Assembly (NCBI RefSeq): GCF_018977255.1
Contig: NW_024704742.1
Span: forward strand, 27,902,001 to 27,966,000
DNA from: Callorhinchus milii
Lineage: Eukaryota
Length of the DNA: 64,000 nt
Direction of reading: 5' to 3'
The notes below the pieces were generated by a model. The model saw only the letters and a program-made list of their open reading frames with translations. It was not told the DNA's origin and ran no database searches. The translations under genes were made by a program, and so were the position numbers. Shown here in pieces: positions 1 through 12,352 of this stretch; within the stretch, counting starts at the first letter, position 1, and every line of letters begins with the position of its first letter.

Positions 1-804
1 CAGAGCCAGCGGTTAAAAATCTCACATACTTTCTCTTCATTCCGTGCCACGTGGGGGAGGCAGTTCTGCATGTTCATTTGGTTTGTTGTCTACGGGATAC
101 AAATGGATCAGAAACAATAATTCCATGTCTATGTTTCTTCCAAGATAGTTCTCTACAACATGTAGGCTGGTGCCAGGATTTCACCAAAGAAATGCTAGGA
201 AATTTTTCAGAGCTGTAGACATTATCTTATTTAGTTGTTTAATTCCTCACTCTCTCCTTGGCAGTGAAACTTTGCAATGTTGCCAATAGATGTCTTATTC
301 CTCAGATAGTGCTGCACGTCATGCTGCTAAATTCACATAGAATGCTCATAATATTTACAGGAAGCGACCCAAAATTTACAGTAACATTAGCCGAATAACT
401 ACACACTATAAAATAACTGACGTACTTTATCTTCATACTTCTGGACAGTTCAGATTTCACACTTAGCAAAATTGATACTTGGAAACTGATGGACATTATC
501 AACACACAGTCGTGCGTGTGCCATTCTACATGAGTTCATATCGCATTGCAACAATTACAATTTGAATGCACATTAGCCTCATTGAAGTTCATTGCAGTAA
601 AATTAACGGGCGTACCACTTCAATGTGGTTATTTAATCACACTTTCTGCCAGACTTCACATAATAAATGTAATGCATAGTATTATGCTTCACATGTACAT
701 AAATGCATATTCTAAATTATAATGCACTTGTAATTTAGCTGTCCTTTGAGCTGTGCCCTATCGGTCACCATTTTCAGCATGTGGTCTATAACAATATAAC
801 AATG

Positions 805-960
805 AAATAATAATCCTTGCATTTAATCGAACATCGAGATATCTCAAAACACTTCACAGGTAAAGTGGTGTGACTGTGTATGTCCTTGCCGAATGTACAA
901 CTACTTTGCCCACAGCAATGTCCCACAAACAGCCAAGAATTGGGTGACCAATTTTATTTG
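805..960 (-). mobile_element. Decayed SINE 3' half (L2-type tail)
   Basis: Reverse complement of the shared SINE tail (AATAATCCTTGCATTT...CACAGCAATGTCCCACAAACAG...TGACCAATT). Confidence 0.75.
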
Positions 961-1026
961 GTCGAGGCATAAATATGTGAATTCATTCTTACAGAAATGT
1001 TTCCCAATTTGTAACCAGCTATTCAA

Positions 1027-1297
1027 ATCAATGGCAAGCTATGCGGTTTTAGCAGGCTGGACCCCAATGCACACTCTGAAGTCCCCAAACCTTGGCTCTT
1101 CCAACCTGTGCCTAATACTTTCCGGAATTAGGTAAGCAGAATGCGTCATTCCAGGGAGAGAGTGCGCATTCCATTTAAACAATCTGTCTCTGGGATTTCT
1201 ATGTGTAGGTGAGCTGCATGGAAATCTCAGCTTGGTTTGGATATTTTTAAGCACGGTGATGGATTTCTGCACGTGTCAATCAGACACCCTGTCGACC
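1027..1297 (+). repeat. Unclassified ~270-bp interspersed repeat, copy 1
   Basis: Colinear with 56101-56378 (GGAATTAGGTAAGCAG...GGGAGAGAGTGCGCATTCCATT...TCTCTGGGATTTC...CAGACAC); followed by an A tract. Confidence 0.85.
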
Positions 1298-2994
1298 CCT
1301 CTAAAAAAAAATTCAAATTGCTGGTCAACTTTCGTTAAATGAGCAAAGAAAACCCTTTGGAATTGGTAAACTACACATTACTTTACTTATAAACTGAAAT
1401 ATTACTATCCTGCTCATTGTAAATATCAGTGACTAACACTCCCACCTCCCTTTCCAGTTGCAAAATTCATGGTGGTCTGTATCCTAGAGATTGGCCTCTG
1501 GGTGAAGCTGTGAAATTGTGATACATTCTGCAGTTGAACAGTTTACCAATGTTCATTGTCCAGGGTCACAAATGAAGCATGGCTGCATGAGATACCTGAG
1601 AGCCTGCCAGTACCTGTGAAATCTACACCAGCATGTCATTGTATTTGGGGGTGGGGGGAAGAGACAATTTGGGGAATAAAACCAGTACCAGCTAAAACTC
1701 TCCTACGGCAGTCAATCCTGCAGTGACATTATATTATCTTCACTGCAAAGGATTTTAAGCTTAAGATTTCTGCCAGACTAAAGTACACATTACTAAGCAA
1801 GTTCAGATGCGCTCAAATCTGTAGTTACGCATTCCTGATGCAAGACCACTTGTGACATCTTTTATCAAACGCTCTTTGCTAATATCAGTGATTTTTTTTC
1901 CTTACCACTTCTTTACAATGTCAAATCCCATTATAAATATGTAGTGAAAAAAGCACATTTTTTGCACAGTGTAAGATATCCTCTTGCTATAATGGCTTGC
2001 TTGATAAATGTGCATTATTATTATGGCCTTTATATCATATAGTAAACTGCCTTTAGAAGTTTCATTGATTTACATTATTTTCACAGCCTCTCTGGCTCTA
2101 CCCCAAATCTCCCTGATTGTGGTATTCTATGGATATGTGGTTTGTTCGTTGTGTATTGTTTCTGATTTTATTGTAGAACCATTTGTAACAAAAGTTGGTT
2201 TTGTAACAAAAGTGTCCTAGGCAGCCAACATATGCTTTGAACGGACCATGGGAGGTGATTGCAGGTTTATTACAAGTTTAACATTTATGAGATTTATTAC
2301 AGGAAAGTGTCATTAACAATTTTACAGCATAACCACAGGTGAGAGTATCTGCAGCAAAAAACAAAGGAAAATGCGAAACCCTTTACTCCCCAAATCAGCC
2401 ATTTTCCTACTTTGAATTGAAATATGTAGCTGGATTTGTATTTGATTAAAATGGACAATGTTTACCATGTAGCAGAAACAGCGTGGTCATTGATTTAGGT
2501 ATTGAGAGCATTTGTATGAGATGGAGCCTGATCCGTGAAGAGCGACACTAATCACTTTGAAATGCGTGCTTTGAACTCTGAGCTTCCATACCATACTGAG
2601 GTGGTTCTATCATATGAGAGGTAGACAACTTTCCCTTCAGTTGGCATGGTGATCAGTCAGCTGCAATCCTGCTTCACTTAGTACAGATTCACAATTTACT
2701 ATCATGTTATTAAACTCGACTATCTGTGGGTGAAGATCTGGATCTGGGTAAATTGGGGAAATATATAGCTAGGTCCAAATTAAGTTGATTGTTCAGAAGT
2801 TGTTGGACTTAGTATATAATGAGTTTGGTATCCTTATCCCATAATACAGTGCACGGAGCAATACCCATCCTTGAAATCATTGAGGGAGAAAAGATTGAGG
2901 AATTATGCTTTAAATAAGCAATGAAGAGAAAACCCCCCCACAAATTCTGGACATGAGAAATACTGGAAATGCACAGCACTTTGAGTAGTTAAAA

Positions 2995-3175
2995 TAATAA
3001 TATACAATCCTAACATTGATATAGCACCTTATCAAGTCATCGAGGTGTCTCAAAGCGCTTCATAGAATATACAGTAAAGTGAATTGATTGTATATTTTGT
3101 GGATGAAACGTGGCAGCCAGTTGTACACAGCAGTGTCCCAAAACCAGACATCAATTCAGTGACCACATTTTCTTT
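2995..3175 (-). mobile_element. SINE 3' half
   Basis: TCTCAAAGCGCTTCATAGAATATACAGTAAAGTGAATTGA...CACAGCAGTGTCCC matches the other SINE copies. Confidence 0.8.
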
Positions 3176-3970
3176 TGACACAGACACACCTGAAATGTTG
3201 ACTTCATCTTCTTTCAAATGCCTATTAATCTGGTGCTCTTTCCACCTTGTTTTTGGCACGTAAAAAGTGTTACCCTATGGAAATGTAATATCAGTTGTTT
3301 TTCTCTTAAAGTGATGCTATTAAGCCATTGCAGAGGTTACTAACTTTTCATGTTGGATCTGTAACAGACCTATGTTCTAGGCAACTTTTCATTCCGGATT
3401 CACCCATTGGTTACAGCACAAATCCACTATATGTATCAAATCTGGTTGATATATGTTTCATATACTATGTTTGTCATAAGAATTATGCATCTGATTTAAC
3501 CTATCTGACTGCAGCAAGTTTACCACCATACAAACCTCTTCAGTTAAGAACAAAGGCTGTTAATTCTGCGTTCATTATTACTTCAACAAATAATTGGATA
3601 AATATTTGCTTAAGAACCACATTGGAGGTTACAGCTATAGGTGCAGACTGAGGTAAGCAATCACTCCCCAGCACACAGGTCTGTATTGCTAGGGTTGAGG
3701 GAAGTGTCAACAAAGGGAGGAGTTTCAGTAGAACAGATATAGGAATTGATGAATTTTCACTTGTTTTTAACTTGGTATTGTGTATATTGGGAGTATGTGC
3801 AGATGTTTTCCCTGAGGAGAGTGCAGTTTACGATGAGGTAGGTTTTCATTGTGAGTGGAAAGAGTGAGTTTGAAGGGCCTTATTCTGTGGTTTATATTAT
3901 ATTCAGTTCTCCGAGTCTTTACCCCATGCGAAGGGTGCTATTTAAATGCAAATTATTGTTCTGTTGTCGT

Positions 3971-4340
3971 GGAGTCCTGTAGTTCCAACAACAACAACAA
4001 GATTACATTTGTATAGCGCCTTTCATGTCGGGAGGATGTGCTCAGTGGTTAGAGCACTCGCCTCACAAGCGAGAGAACTGGGTTTGATTCCCAGCAGGGG
4101 GAAACCTTGGAGTTTCCTTACTTCGCACGCCTAATAATAATCCCTCAAGAAAAAAAGTAAAACAAAATAATAATTTGGTCACTCAATCGACGACTGTTTG
4201 TGGGACACTGCTGTCTGCAAATTGGTTGCCCGTTTCGCCCACAAATATACAGTCAATTCACTTTGCAGTATATTCTGTGAAGCGCTTTGAGATGTCTAGA
4301 AGATGTGAAAAGAGCGATATCAAATGCAAGGATTATTATT
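3971..4340 (+). mobile_element. tRNA-derived SINE, full length, head interrupted by a short L2 tail (3986-4039)
   Basis: GGAGTCCTGTAG...GCTCAGTGGTTAGAGCACTCGCC head with A/B boxes; tail ending GCAAGGATTATTATT. Confidence 0.9.
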
Positions 4341-5399
4341 CTCAGAATAACCTTCTTGACAATCTTCACCATTGTGTTTTTCAATTTGCATCAGAATCGT
4401 GTGAGGATTATGGCCATATCTTGTGGGCCTGCAAATCTTCATAGTTCAATGTAACTTGCTCTCTCTCTCCTATATTTCAGTGTGGTTTTAATTCAGTTGT
4501 TTTGCAACTATCATTGAATGCTAATTATTTCAAAGACAGATCTACATGTAATTGTATGCCACAGCAATTTTATTTGTAACAGAATGCAGTACTGATGAGT
4601 GTAGTGCTACTCTTCAAAAACGTTTGTTAATGAAGATGGTGCTGATGATATCTGCGTGCCATTGTGTTAAATTTGCTTTTTCTTTTTTTAACATTAACAT
4701 TTCTGCAAGCCTTATTAAGAATTCTCTCATATTTCATGTTAAAATGTCATGTCCTGCTTGGATGTTGAAGGTGCAAATGTCAAGTGCATTTTCCCACTGT
4801 GCTTTGGGTCGAAAAATATTCTTTTAGCTTTCACTGATTTCATTTACAATTCAATCTCATTGTTTGCAGAAGTTTTCATTACTGCACACTTTCTCCCCCA
4901 CCCCCACAATAATTCCATAATTTCCATAGTTGTGCTGTTCTAAATGTTTCCGTCAGAATTGCCACCATGAATGAAAGAACCAAAAACTTGCATTGAAAGT
5001 TCCCTGCTGTAAGCGGAAAGCTTTCTTCTCAACCATCCAAAGGAGTGTTTGCTAATGAGCTTTCCCACCTATTGCTCGATATCTCGGAGCGGGACCGCTG
5101 TTGAACATAATGAATGGCATTATTTTTGATCAGTATCAGTGCAATGTTATGATGCATTTGATGTTTCCATAAAGGCTGCGATAATCTATAGGGAAAGTGC
5201 ATCAAGCTGGTCCCAGTGACTGCCTGGATCCCTTTTTATAATCCTATAAAAATTTAAAGACTATAAGGTCAAATATAATGAGTGAAAATGTGGTTATGAG
5301 TGTGCTGATCATTGTCAATGATAATTATCCCATCACGCACCACACCTCAATGGTGCCAACATATTTCTGTAGTAATGGCAAAAAACTAGTGTTACAGCT

Positions 5400-5840
5400 A
5401 TAATAGTAATAATAATCCTTCAATTAGATATAGAGCTTCAGCACGTCATCAAGACATCTCAAAGTACTCCATAGGATCTTACTGCAAAGTGTAGTGTAGT
5501 AAATCTGGCAGTCAATTTGCACATAGCAGTGTCCACAAATGGCTATGAAGAGAATGACCAATTTTATCTGGAAGATTGTTGACCAGGATCCGGGATGCTG
5601 GGGTGCAGAAGGACAGCCAGATTGGGGTATAGAGCTTTGTTTCCACTGGGGTCCCTCATAAAACATATTTTTGGTAGTGTTTAAAGGTATTATTCATTGC
5701 ATGACTGTTTGTGGATATTGCTGTATGCATATTGGCTGCCATGTTTCACCTAAAAATATACAGTCAATCCATTTACACTATATCCTGTGAAGAGCTTTCA
5801 GTTAGTCTCCCAATTTGAAAGGTGCTATATCAAATCCATT
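5400..5840. mobile_element. Two decayed SINE 3' halves in opposite orientation
   Basis: 5400-5590 matches the shared SINE tail on the minus strand and 5690-5840 on the plus strand. Confidence 0.7.
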
Positions 5841-6908
5841 CCCATTCCTTATGCAACAGTCTTTCATACTGTAAGCTCACCCAGTGAAAGTAGGCACTGC
5901 TCACAGGAAAGAGGATATTGGACGTCATCCTGACTGTTCATGTCCTCCTGACGAGAAAGGCCTTATATAAATGCAATTTGTTGTTGTTCATACACTTCTT
6001 GGAGCAGCTGGTTACAGAACAGTACTGGCAAAAAGTCTAGATTCAGCCTGTACTCTCAACCAGGGAAGTATGTGACTCAATTAAGCTTCAATGTAAAAAA
6101 TGCTATTTGAAATTTGATGAAGTTGCTTCAGAGGAATTATAAAAACAACCCAAAGCACATTTAGCAGCTTCCTATCCCCAAATTGACATAGCAGACTTTC
6201 AAGTGTGTCGGCTGAGACATATGATTGAAGATTCAAGTTAACATCAGGTGTGCAAAACTTCAGCTTTGTTTCTGAAACAAAATGAGTCTTTATGTTCTGG
6301 ATCCATGGGCAAAGGTCAACTTTTGTGACAGTTTCTGACTTATCCAACATTCAGATATGCTTCTCTGTTAAGAACATAACAAATGGTGGAATAAGGAAGT
6401 TTCTGTCATTGTTTTCACCCCACTTGTACCATCTGTGTGTCAGTGTGGCTCAATGACAGCACTCATTGACAGGTATGATCAGAGATTCCCAGAATTCCTG
6501 AGATTAATTTAATTTAGCAACATCTCTGTAATAGTTCTCCATTCGTACTATTAAAACCTTGCCTGGTTCCGAGACCCCCACCTAAAAAACAAAACACACA
6601 CAACAGAGCCCTGGCAAATCAATCATTTGTCATATGGAATAATTTCAGTTTGTATCTATTCTTTTATTCTGTTTTCAACCAGACACTCATTCAGTTAATT
6701 TTTGTAAGATCAGCTGCTGTTGGGAATAAGTCCCAAATACAGTATCCACCACTTTGAACTTGTGTGTGTGTGTGGTGGGGTGGCACTTTCTGATCGCATA
6801 AAGCTGTGAGACTAAGAGCCTGTTTACATTTTGTCTTATCATTTGAAATTCCCAAGTTGTTTTTTCCCCTCAATATATTTTCTTTCAGAACATATTCAGT
6901 TTTGTAAA

Positions 6909-7120
6909 TCTTGGATTTACTCTATTTGATTAGCGTTTTGGAGCATCCAAAATTTGACAAATTCTTAGATACAGTTTAATGTTGATGCAAGTCTAAGTTT
7001 GTTTTAAGACACTACACAAAAGCTTGCAAGTTAAGACTTAATTCAACAATTTATCAAGTTCTGAATGCTCTAAAATGCTAGTTAAATGGAATAAATCTAG
7101 ACCCAGGTGGATTTCTCTCC
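6909..7120. mobile_element. Palindromic MITE-like element
   Basis: Left arm TCTTGGATTTACTCTATTTGATTAGCGTTTTGGAGCATCCAAAATTTGACAAATT pairs imperfectly with right arm AATTTATCAAGTTCTGAATGCTCTAAAATGCTAGTTAAATGGAATAAATCTAGA; related copies occur elsewhere in the window. Confidence 0.75.
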
Positions 7121-7394
7121 ACAAATCTTTAAAATGACCTTCCTCTGTTTTTCTATTTTTACTTTCCACTGAATTCTCTTGAGAAATCATCTCACACATT
7201 CCACAGTTTCCTGTAGCCTCTCTTATTTACCAGAAAAAAAGTATGTCTACTTACTCATTTGAGTTGGGAATGACAGAAGTTTACAGTTTATATTTCTTTG
7301 CTCTAATTTTTATTCTTTTCTGCCCAGATTAATTCACTGGTCTCTCCTTCTGCTGTTGCAGATCCCTCTCAGCAGTGGTTACACTCACCCTCAT

Positions 7395-7720
7395 TAATAA
7401 TAATAATAATACATATATTTGATATAACGCCTTATGTCGTTGAGAAATCGCAAAGCACTTCATAGGATATACTGTAAAGTGGTTTGATTGTATTTGGAGG
7501 CAAATGCGGCAGCTAGTTTGCACACAGGAATGTTCCGCAAACCACTATGGAGTGAGTGATCAATTTTATTTGAGGGACTGTTGACCAGGACACTGGAAGA
7601 AACTTCCTTCTCATTTTCAATAGTTCCATAGGATCTTTAGCTCCACCTAAACAGGCAGACAAGACTTCAGTTTCACATTTCATTCAAAGGACGGCACCTC
7701 TGACAATGCAACACACCTAA
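7395..7720 (-). mobile_element. Deu-domain SINE (AmnSINE1/SacSINE1-like), 5' truncated
   Basis: GGATCTTTAGCTCCACCTAAACAGGCAGAC...GGACGGCACCTCTGACAATGCA is the reverse complement of the Deu core; the shared tail is present. Confidence 0.8.
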
Positions 7721-7832
7721 TCTCACATAGTTCATCTTGCAGAATATTTTGTACCCTCTTGCGTCTATCTTGTGGCCAACACCAACTCCCAACCATAGTT
7801 CTGTGTCCATGCTGTCAAAGGGTGGACGTATA

Positions 7833-7857
7833 GTGTGTGTGTGTGTGTGTGTGTGTG
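7833..7857. repeat. (GT)n microsatellite
   Basis: Read directly from the sequence. Confidence 0.95.
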
Positions 7858-8654
7858 CATGCTGTAGAATCTCTTAAAAGAAAATCAAAGAGTTGCCTTA
7901 ATAAAATCAAAGATTAGTTGCTGAGTGATCACCAGCTTCACTCTAGGCAAGATGGTGAGGTCCTGTTGATGTCACTTATATCAACTCAGTTAGTACTGTC
8001 AGTCATTTTTATTATTCTGCTGAATAACTAAATTCTTGGGTAGTTGCATTGCAATCACTGCTGAAACAACTTCCAATAAATAGCATTTGTTTATGATTAC
8101 TCAGGACACTTCTTGAGAATTGGAATGGAACAAAGCATGACTGATTTTTTTGCAGCTTTTCTGAATGTTTTGTGATGTCTTCTGTAAGTGGGATCAGAGC
8201 AAATTTTACAGGCAATGATACTTCTGCATTATTATATTCTTGCAGGAATCTCTAATGTTCTTGACAGAGATTGTCCTCATGGCAGCTTAGTTCACAGTAA
8301 TGATGGTGCATCGTTAAGTGTTGCTGCTATTTCAGCTTAATGTCATGTGCAAAATAGGCGCAGTTCCGTGGGACCGTACATTATTGCTGAACAAAATGTT
8401 CTGAGGGACGCTAATTCTGTGTCACTGTCTTGTGTCCCTTCGGGAATATAGGAAACAGAATATTGACTCCATTAAGGTTTCATAGAAACCTTTATTTACC
8501 TGCCAGGAGCTCAAGTAGATGAAGCTGCCCCACTTAGATTCCATGGCATTGGTGAACAAAATAAATAGTTGAAAAGTAACCTATATTTGGGCTCACTCCT
8601 ATGCTTTTTGTGCTTATTCCATCAAATGGCAGAAATCTTTATTACTCTTTGCAC

Positions 8655-9002
8655 TTTATCACATGTTATTTGTCAGCATGTGAAACAGATCATTAAGGTT
8701 CAGGGACCGGATGTGGGGAAGGAGGGTCAGCTGGGTGTCAACTCGAACGCCTATTTTGCGCACTGGTTCGGTGAGTCTGAGGGAGAGCCCGTGGAGGATG
8801 CAGAGTTCAGATCTGCAGGAATGAAGACATTTATGGGAGCCAAGGAGGATGGCTTCTGTCTTTTCCACATTCAGCTGCAGGAAGTTTACACTCATCCAGA
8901 CGCTGATGTCTATCAGACAAGCTGATAGAACATCAGCGACCTGGAGTTGATACTGGAGGAGGCAAAGTAGATTTGTGTGTCATCTGCATACATGTGGAAG
9001 TT
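8655..9002 (-). mobile_element. L2 LINE ORF2 (RT) fragment
   Basis: Minus-strand translation gives HMYADDTQIY and NFLQLNVEKTEAILLG, typical of the L2 RT C-terminal region. Confidence 0.85.
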
Positions 9003-9224
9003 TACACCTTTCAGAAGAAGGAAAGGTGAACAGACAGTTAATTACTATACAGAGAGAGTGATGAATAAGTGGAATAGACTGGTCAGGGAAGCAATACATT
9101 CAAGAGAGTTATTCAGACACAAATCCATATGGGTATGGGAGATAGAGTAATGTAAAATCTTTTTCTGTTTCTATGCATTTTCCATAAATTATATCTGGCT
9201 GGTCTAAAAGTACATACATATATT

Positions 9225-9435
9225 GAAAAGAAAAAGGAGTTTCTCCTGGTGTCTTAGCCAACAATCCCTGAAATGAAATTAGTGATTCACTTCATGGCTG
9301 TTTGAGGGACATTGCTGTGTGCAAATTGGCAGCCCCGTTTTGCCCCAAAAATATACCATCACACCTGTGAAGCACTTTGGGACATCCTTCTGACTTGAAA
9401 GCCTCCATACAAATGTAAGGATTATAATTATTATT
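9225..9435 (+). mobile_element. Deu-SINE 3' part
   Basis: GGAGTTTCTCCTGGTGTCTTAGCCAACAATCCC...GCTGTTTGAGGGACATTGCTGTGTGCAAATTGGC...tail. Confidence 0.75.
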
Positions 9436-10029
9436 GTATACACATACATGTATTTACTTCAGGACCAGCCAGAGAGAACACAATACAAAAACAATGTGCT
9501 TTTCCGGGCCCACGTATTCCTACATTCCTCTGCACAACAGCTAGAATTAGCTGTACTGGGTCAGTCAACAACAACCAGCTTGGTCAATGTCTCTGACATC
9601 AGGAAGGAGTTGGCACACCTTTTGTTAAAACACTGCTTAAGCTTTTAAGTTGAAATTGGTTAAAGTGAGCCATGTTAGTAAGTAATTACAATAGAGGCCT
9701 CGGACAATTTGTCCAGCTCAGAGATGGTATTGATGGATTGAACTTTGAATTTGTAACACAGCAAGATAGGACTGTATAGTGGGTTTTATTACTGCTGTTT
9801 GTGCCTGTCATTTTCCTTTGGATGAGGGATAGGAGATTCTTGAGAGTTGCAAGCACACAGGCACAACACACTCAGGCAAAGATCTGCAACGATGATGCAA
9901 ATGTGATACTTGAGACTGACTGAGAAAGTGTAGATGAAGAAGGTTGAAGGCTATATTACGATAGTGATCTTGCAATTTTATAATCATTTACCATCAAATG
10001 GAGGCAGAGAACCTGATGGCTCCTTTATG

Positions 10030-10455
10030 GCTGGTGTTGTTCTGCCACTGGTTTTGAATATTAAAATTGGTCTGAACTTGTTTGCTATTGGATCCATTGT
10101 AGCCATCTACCAGAGCTATTTTTGAGCATCAGTGAGAGAACCATCTCCACCTGCACTCGAGAAGTGACTGATGCATTGTTTCACTGAGGTAGCAGTCTCA
10201 TCCATTTCCACAGAGATATGGAACAACAGTTGCACACAGCAGCAATTCTACTCCAAAAGTGCCATCCTTGGGGTGTCAAGCATCACCAACTGCACACATA
10301 TGGAGATCAGGAGATTACTTGTCAATTCCACGATTTACATCAGGAATGGAAGCTTTTTTTCTTTCTGTGCAATTGGCTTCTGATGCAAAATTAAAGATCT
10401 TGCATAGTCGATGCACAATTCCTGGGAGCAACTTGTGACTCCTTTATCTACAGCT
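10030..10455 (+). pseudogene. Decayed PIF/Harbinger (HARBI1-like) DDE transposase fragment
   Basis: Frameshifted pieces translate in order as LPLVLNIKIGLNLFAIGS / SISERTISTCTREVTDALF / ITNCTHMEIR...IYIRNG / SVQLASDAK / VDAQFLGATCDSFI. These match the Harbinger motifs ALNFFATGS, ISQS..CIREVTDAL, IDCTH, NRKG, NVQLVCD and FPGS.HDSFI. Confidence 0.8.
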
Positions 10456-10489
10456 GTAGCATTTTCATGTGATTGACAGCTGCAAGGCT

Positions 10490-10727
10490 TGTTGTTTTGG
10501 GGGATTTGTGCTTCAGCCTTGAAATCCCTGTTTATTTTCTTTGATGGCCACCTGAACAGGTGGTGGGACCTCGGTTTAATTTCTTGTTCAAAGGACAGCA
10601 CGTCTTGCCACGCAGCACTTTATTGGAGTGTCATTCTTTACTGTGAGTTCAATATCTTCATATGGGGCTTAAACCCACAATCTTCTAACTTGGAGCTGAG
10701 AGTGCTACCATCTGAGGTTAACTGACA
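10490..10727 (-). mobile_element. Deu-SINE 5' part (tRNA head plus core)
   Basis: CCACCTGAACAGG...CCTCGGTTTAA...AAGGACAGCAC; head GAGAGTGCTACCA...CTGACA. Confidence 0.7.
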
Positions 10728-11050
10728 TCACATGTATAAGGGAGATTGCAAATAATCAAGATAGGTGAGACTTGTGGTTCAGAAAACCTGTGTACTAGCA
10801 TTCTAAAATAATTAGCTCAAGCTGATTGTAAGTCTCCTGGCAGATATTTTTCAGAGATCACTGAATTTTGGACAGAATGCTCAAAAACAGTGCAAGTTAT
10901 TCATAGTTTTTTTTAAAAAAAAGAGTTTAGGTTGGTCAATCAAACTGCAAGACAACATGATTACAGAAAATATGTCTGAAACATTAATGAAGGATAGCAT
11001 AAGGATTTGATACTGAGTAATAAAGGTGAGTCAGTGGTGACCAACCAGGT

Positions 11051-12350
11051 AACAACATTACATTTCACGTCGGGAGGACGTCCCAAGATGGTGGACAGAT
11101 AGAGTTTTGGACCTGAGCTGGGGGTCGGAGAGGGTGGAGGGCAGGGGGTGAAGCAGGGAGACAGAAAGCACGGTCGAAGAGGAGGGTCTTGAGGTGGGTC
11201 TTGAAGGTGGCAAGGAAGGGGGCGAGAACGGATGGACTGTGTGATGGAGTTCCAGAGGGTGGGTGTAGGGCAGCGGAAGGCCCACCCGCTGATAGTGGGG
11301 CGAGTAAGGCGGGGGATCTGAAGCAGGCCGGAGCCCGCTGAGCGGAGGGAGTGAACAGGGTGGTGGGGGGTTAGGAGGTCGGAGAAGTGGGGGGGAGCAA
11401 GACCATGGAGGGTTTTGAAGCTGAGGACCAGGATCTTGAAATGTATCCTCTATGTGTTGGGAAGCCTGTGGAGTTGGGCAAGGATGGGGGTGATAGGGTC
11501 GCGGAGCCTAGTGCAGGAGAGGAGACGGGCTGCAGAGTTCTGGATGATCTGCAATCTGTGGAGGGAGGAGTTGGGGAGGCCGACAAGCAGTGAGTTTACG
11601 TAGTCGAGCCTCGATGTAATGAAGGCATGTATGAGGGTTTTGGCGGCCTGCGGTGTGAGACAGTGTCGGAGCCGGGTGAAGTTGCGGAGGTGGGGGAAGG
11701 CAGAGCGGATCATGGTGCGGATGTGGGATCGGTAGAATAGTTGAGGGTCAACCAAGATGCCAAGGTTCTGGACTTTGTTGACATTCAAATGAAGAAAGTT
11801 AGCTCTCATCCAGGACTTGATGTCTGACAGACATTCTGTCAGCACAGCAGTGGTCCTTTAGTCAAGGGTGGAGGTTGAGAGGTAGAGTTGGGTGTCATCC
11901 GCATACATGTTGATAGATATTGAAGAGGAGGGAACCAAGGACAGAGCCCTGAGGAATGCACAAGATGGTCCAGGGGCTAGAGGAGGAGCTGTTTGAGGAG
12001 ATGAAGTGCAGGCAGTGTGAGAGGTATGATCTGAACCAATCAAGGACAGCGCCGTGGATGTTGAGATGAGAGAAGAGGTGGTGGATGAGATTAGAGTGGT
12101 CGACTGTGTCGAATGCAGCAGAGAGATCAAGGAGGCAGAGGGAGCCCTGGTCGCAGATGGACAGAATGTCATTTTCACTTTGACCAGGGCTGTTTCTGTG
12201 CTGTGGGCCACGTGGAAGCCTGATTGGAAGGATTCGAGAAGGGAGTGACAGGAGAGGAAGGAACGAAGCTGAGAAGCAATAACTCATTCCAGGACCTTGG
12301 AGAGGAAAGGGAGGTTGGAGATGGGTCATTAGTTAGGGAGCAGAGAAGGG
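11051..12350 (-). mobile_element. L2 LINE, 5'-truncated (RT, C-terminal region and 3' UTR) with internal deletions
   Basis: ORF pieces LLDLSAAFDTVDH, PQGSVLG, YADDTQLY and FITSRLDYVNSLLVGLP...QNSAARLL; the 3' tail lies at ~11051-11090. Confidence 0.95.
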
Positions 12351-12352
12351 TC

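Noticed and set aside
2182..2213. TTTGTAACAAAAGT direct repeat
   Set aside because: A simple short local duplication with no further structure.
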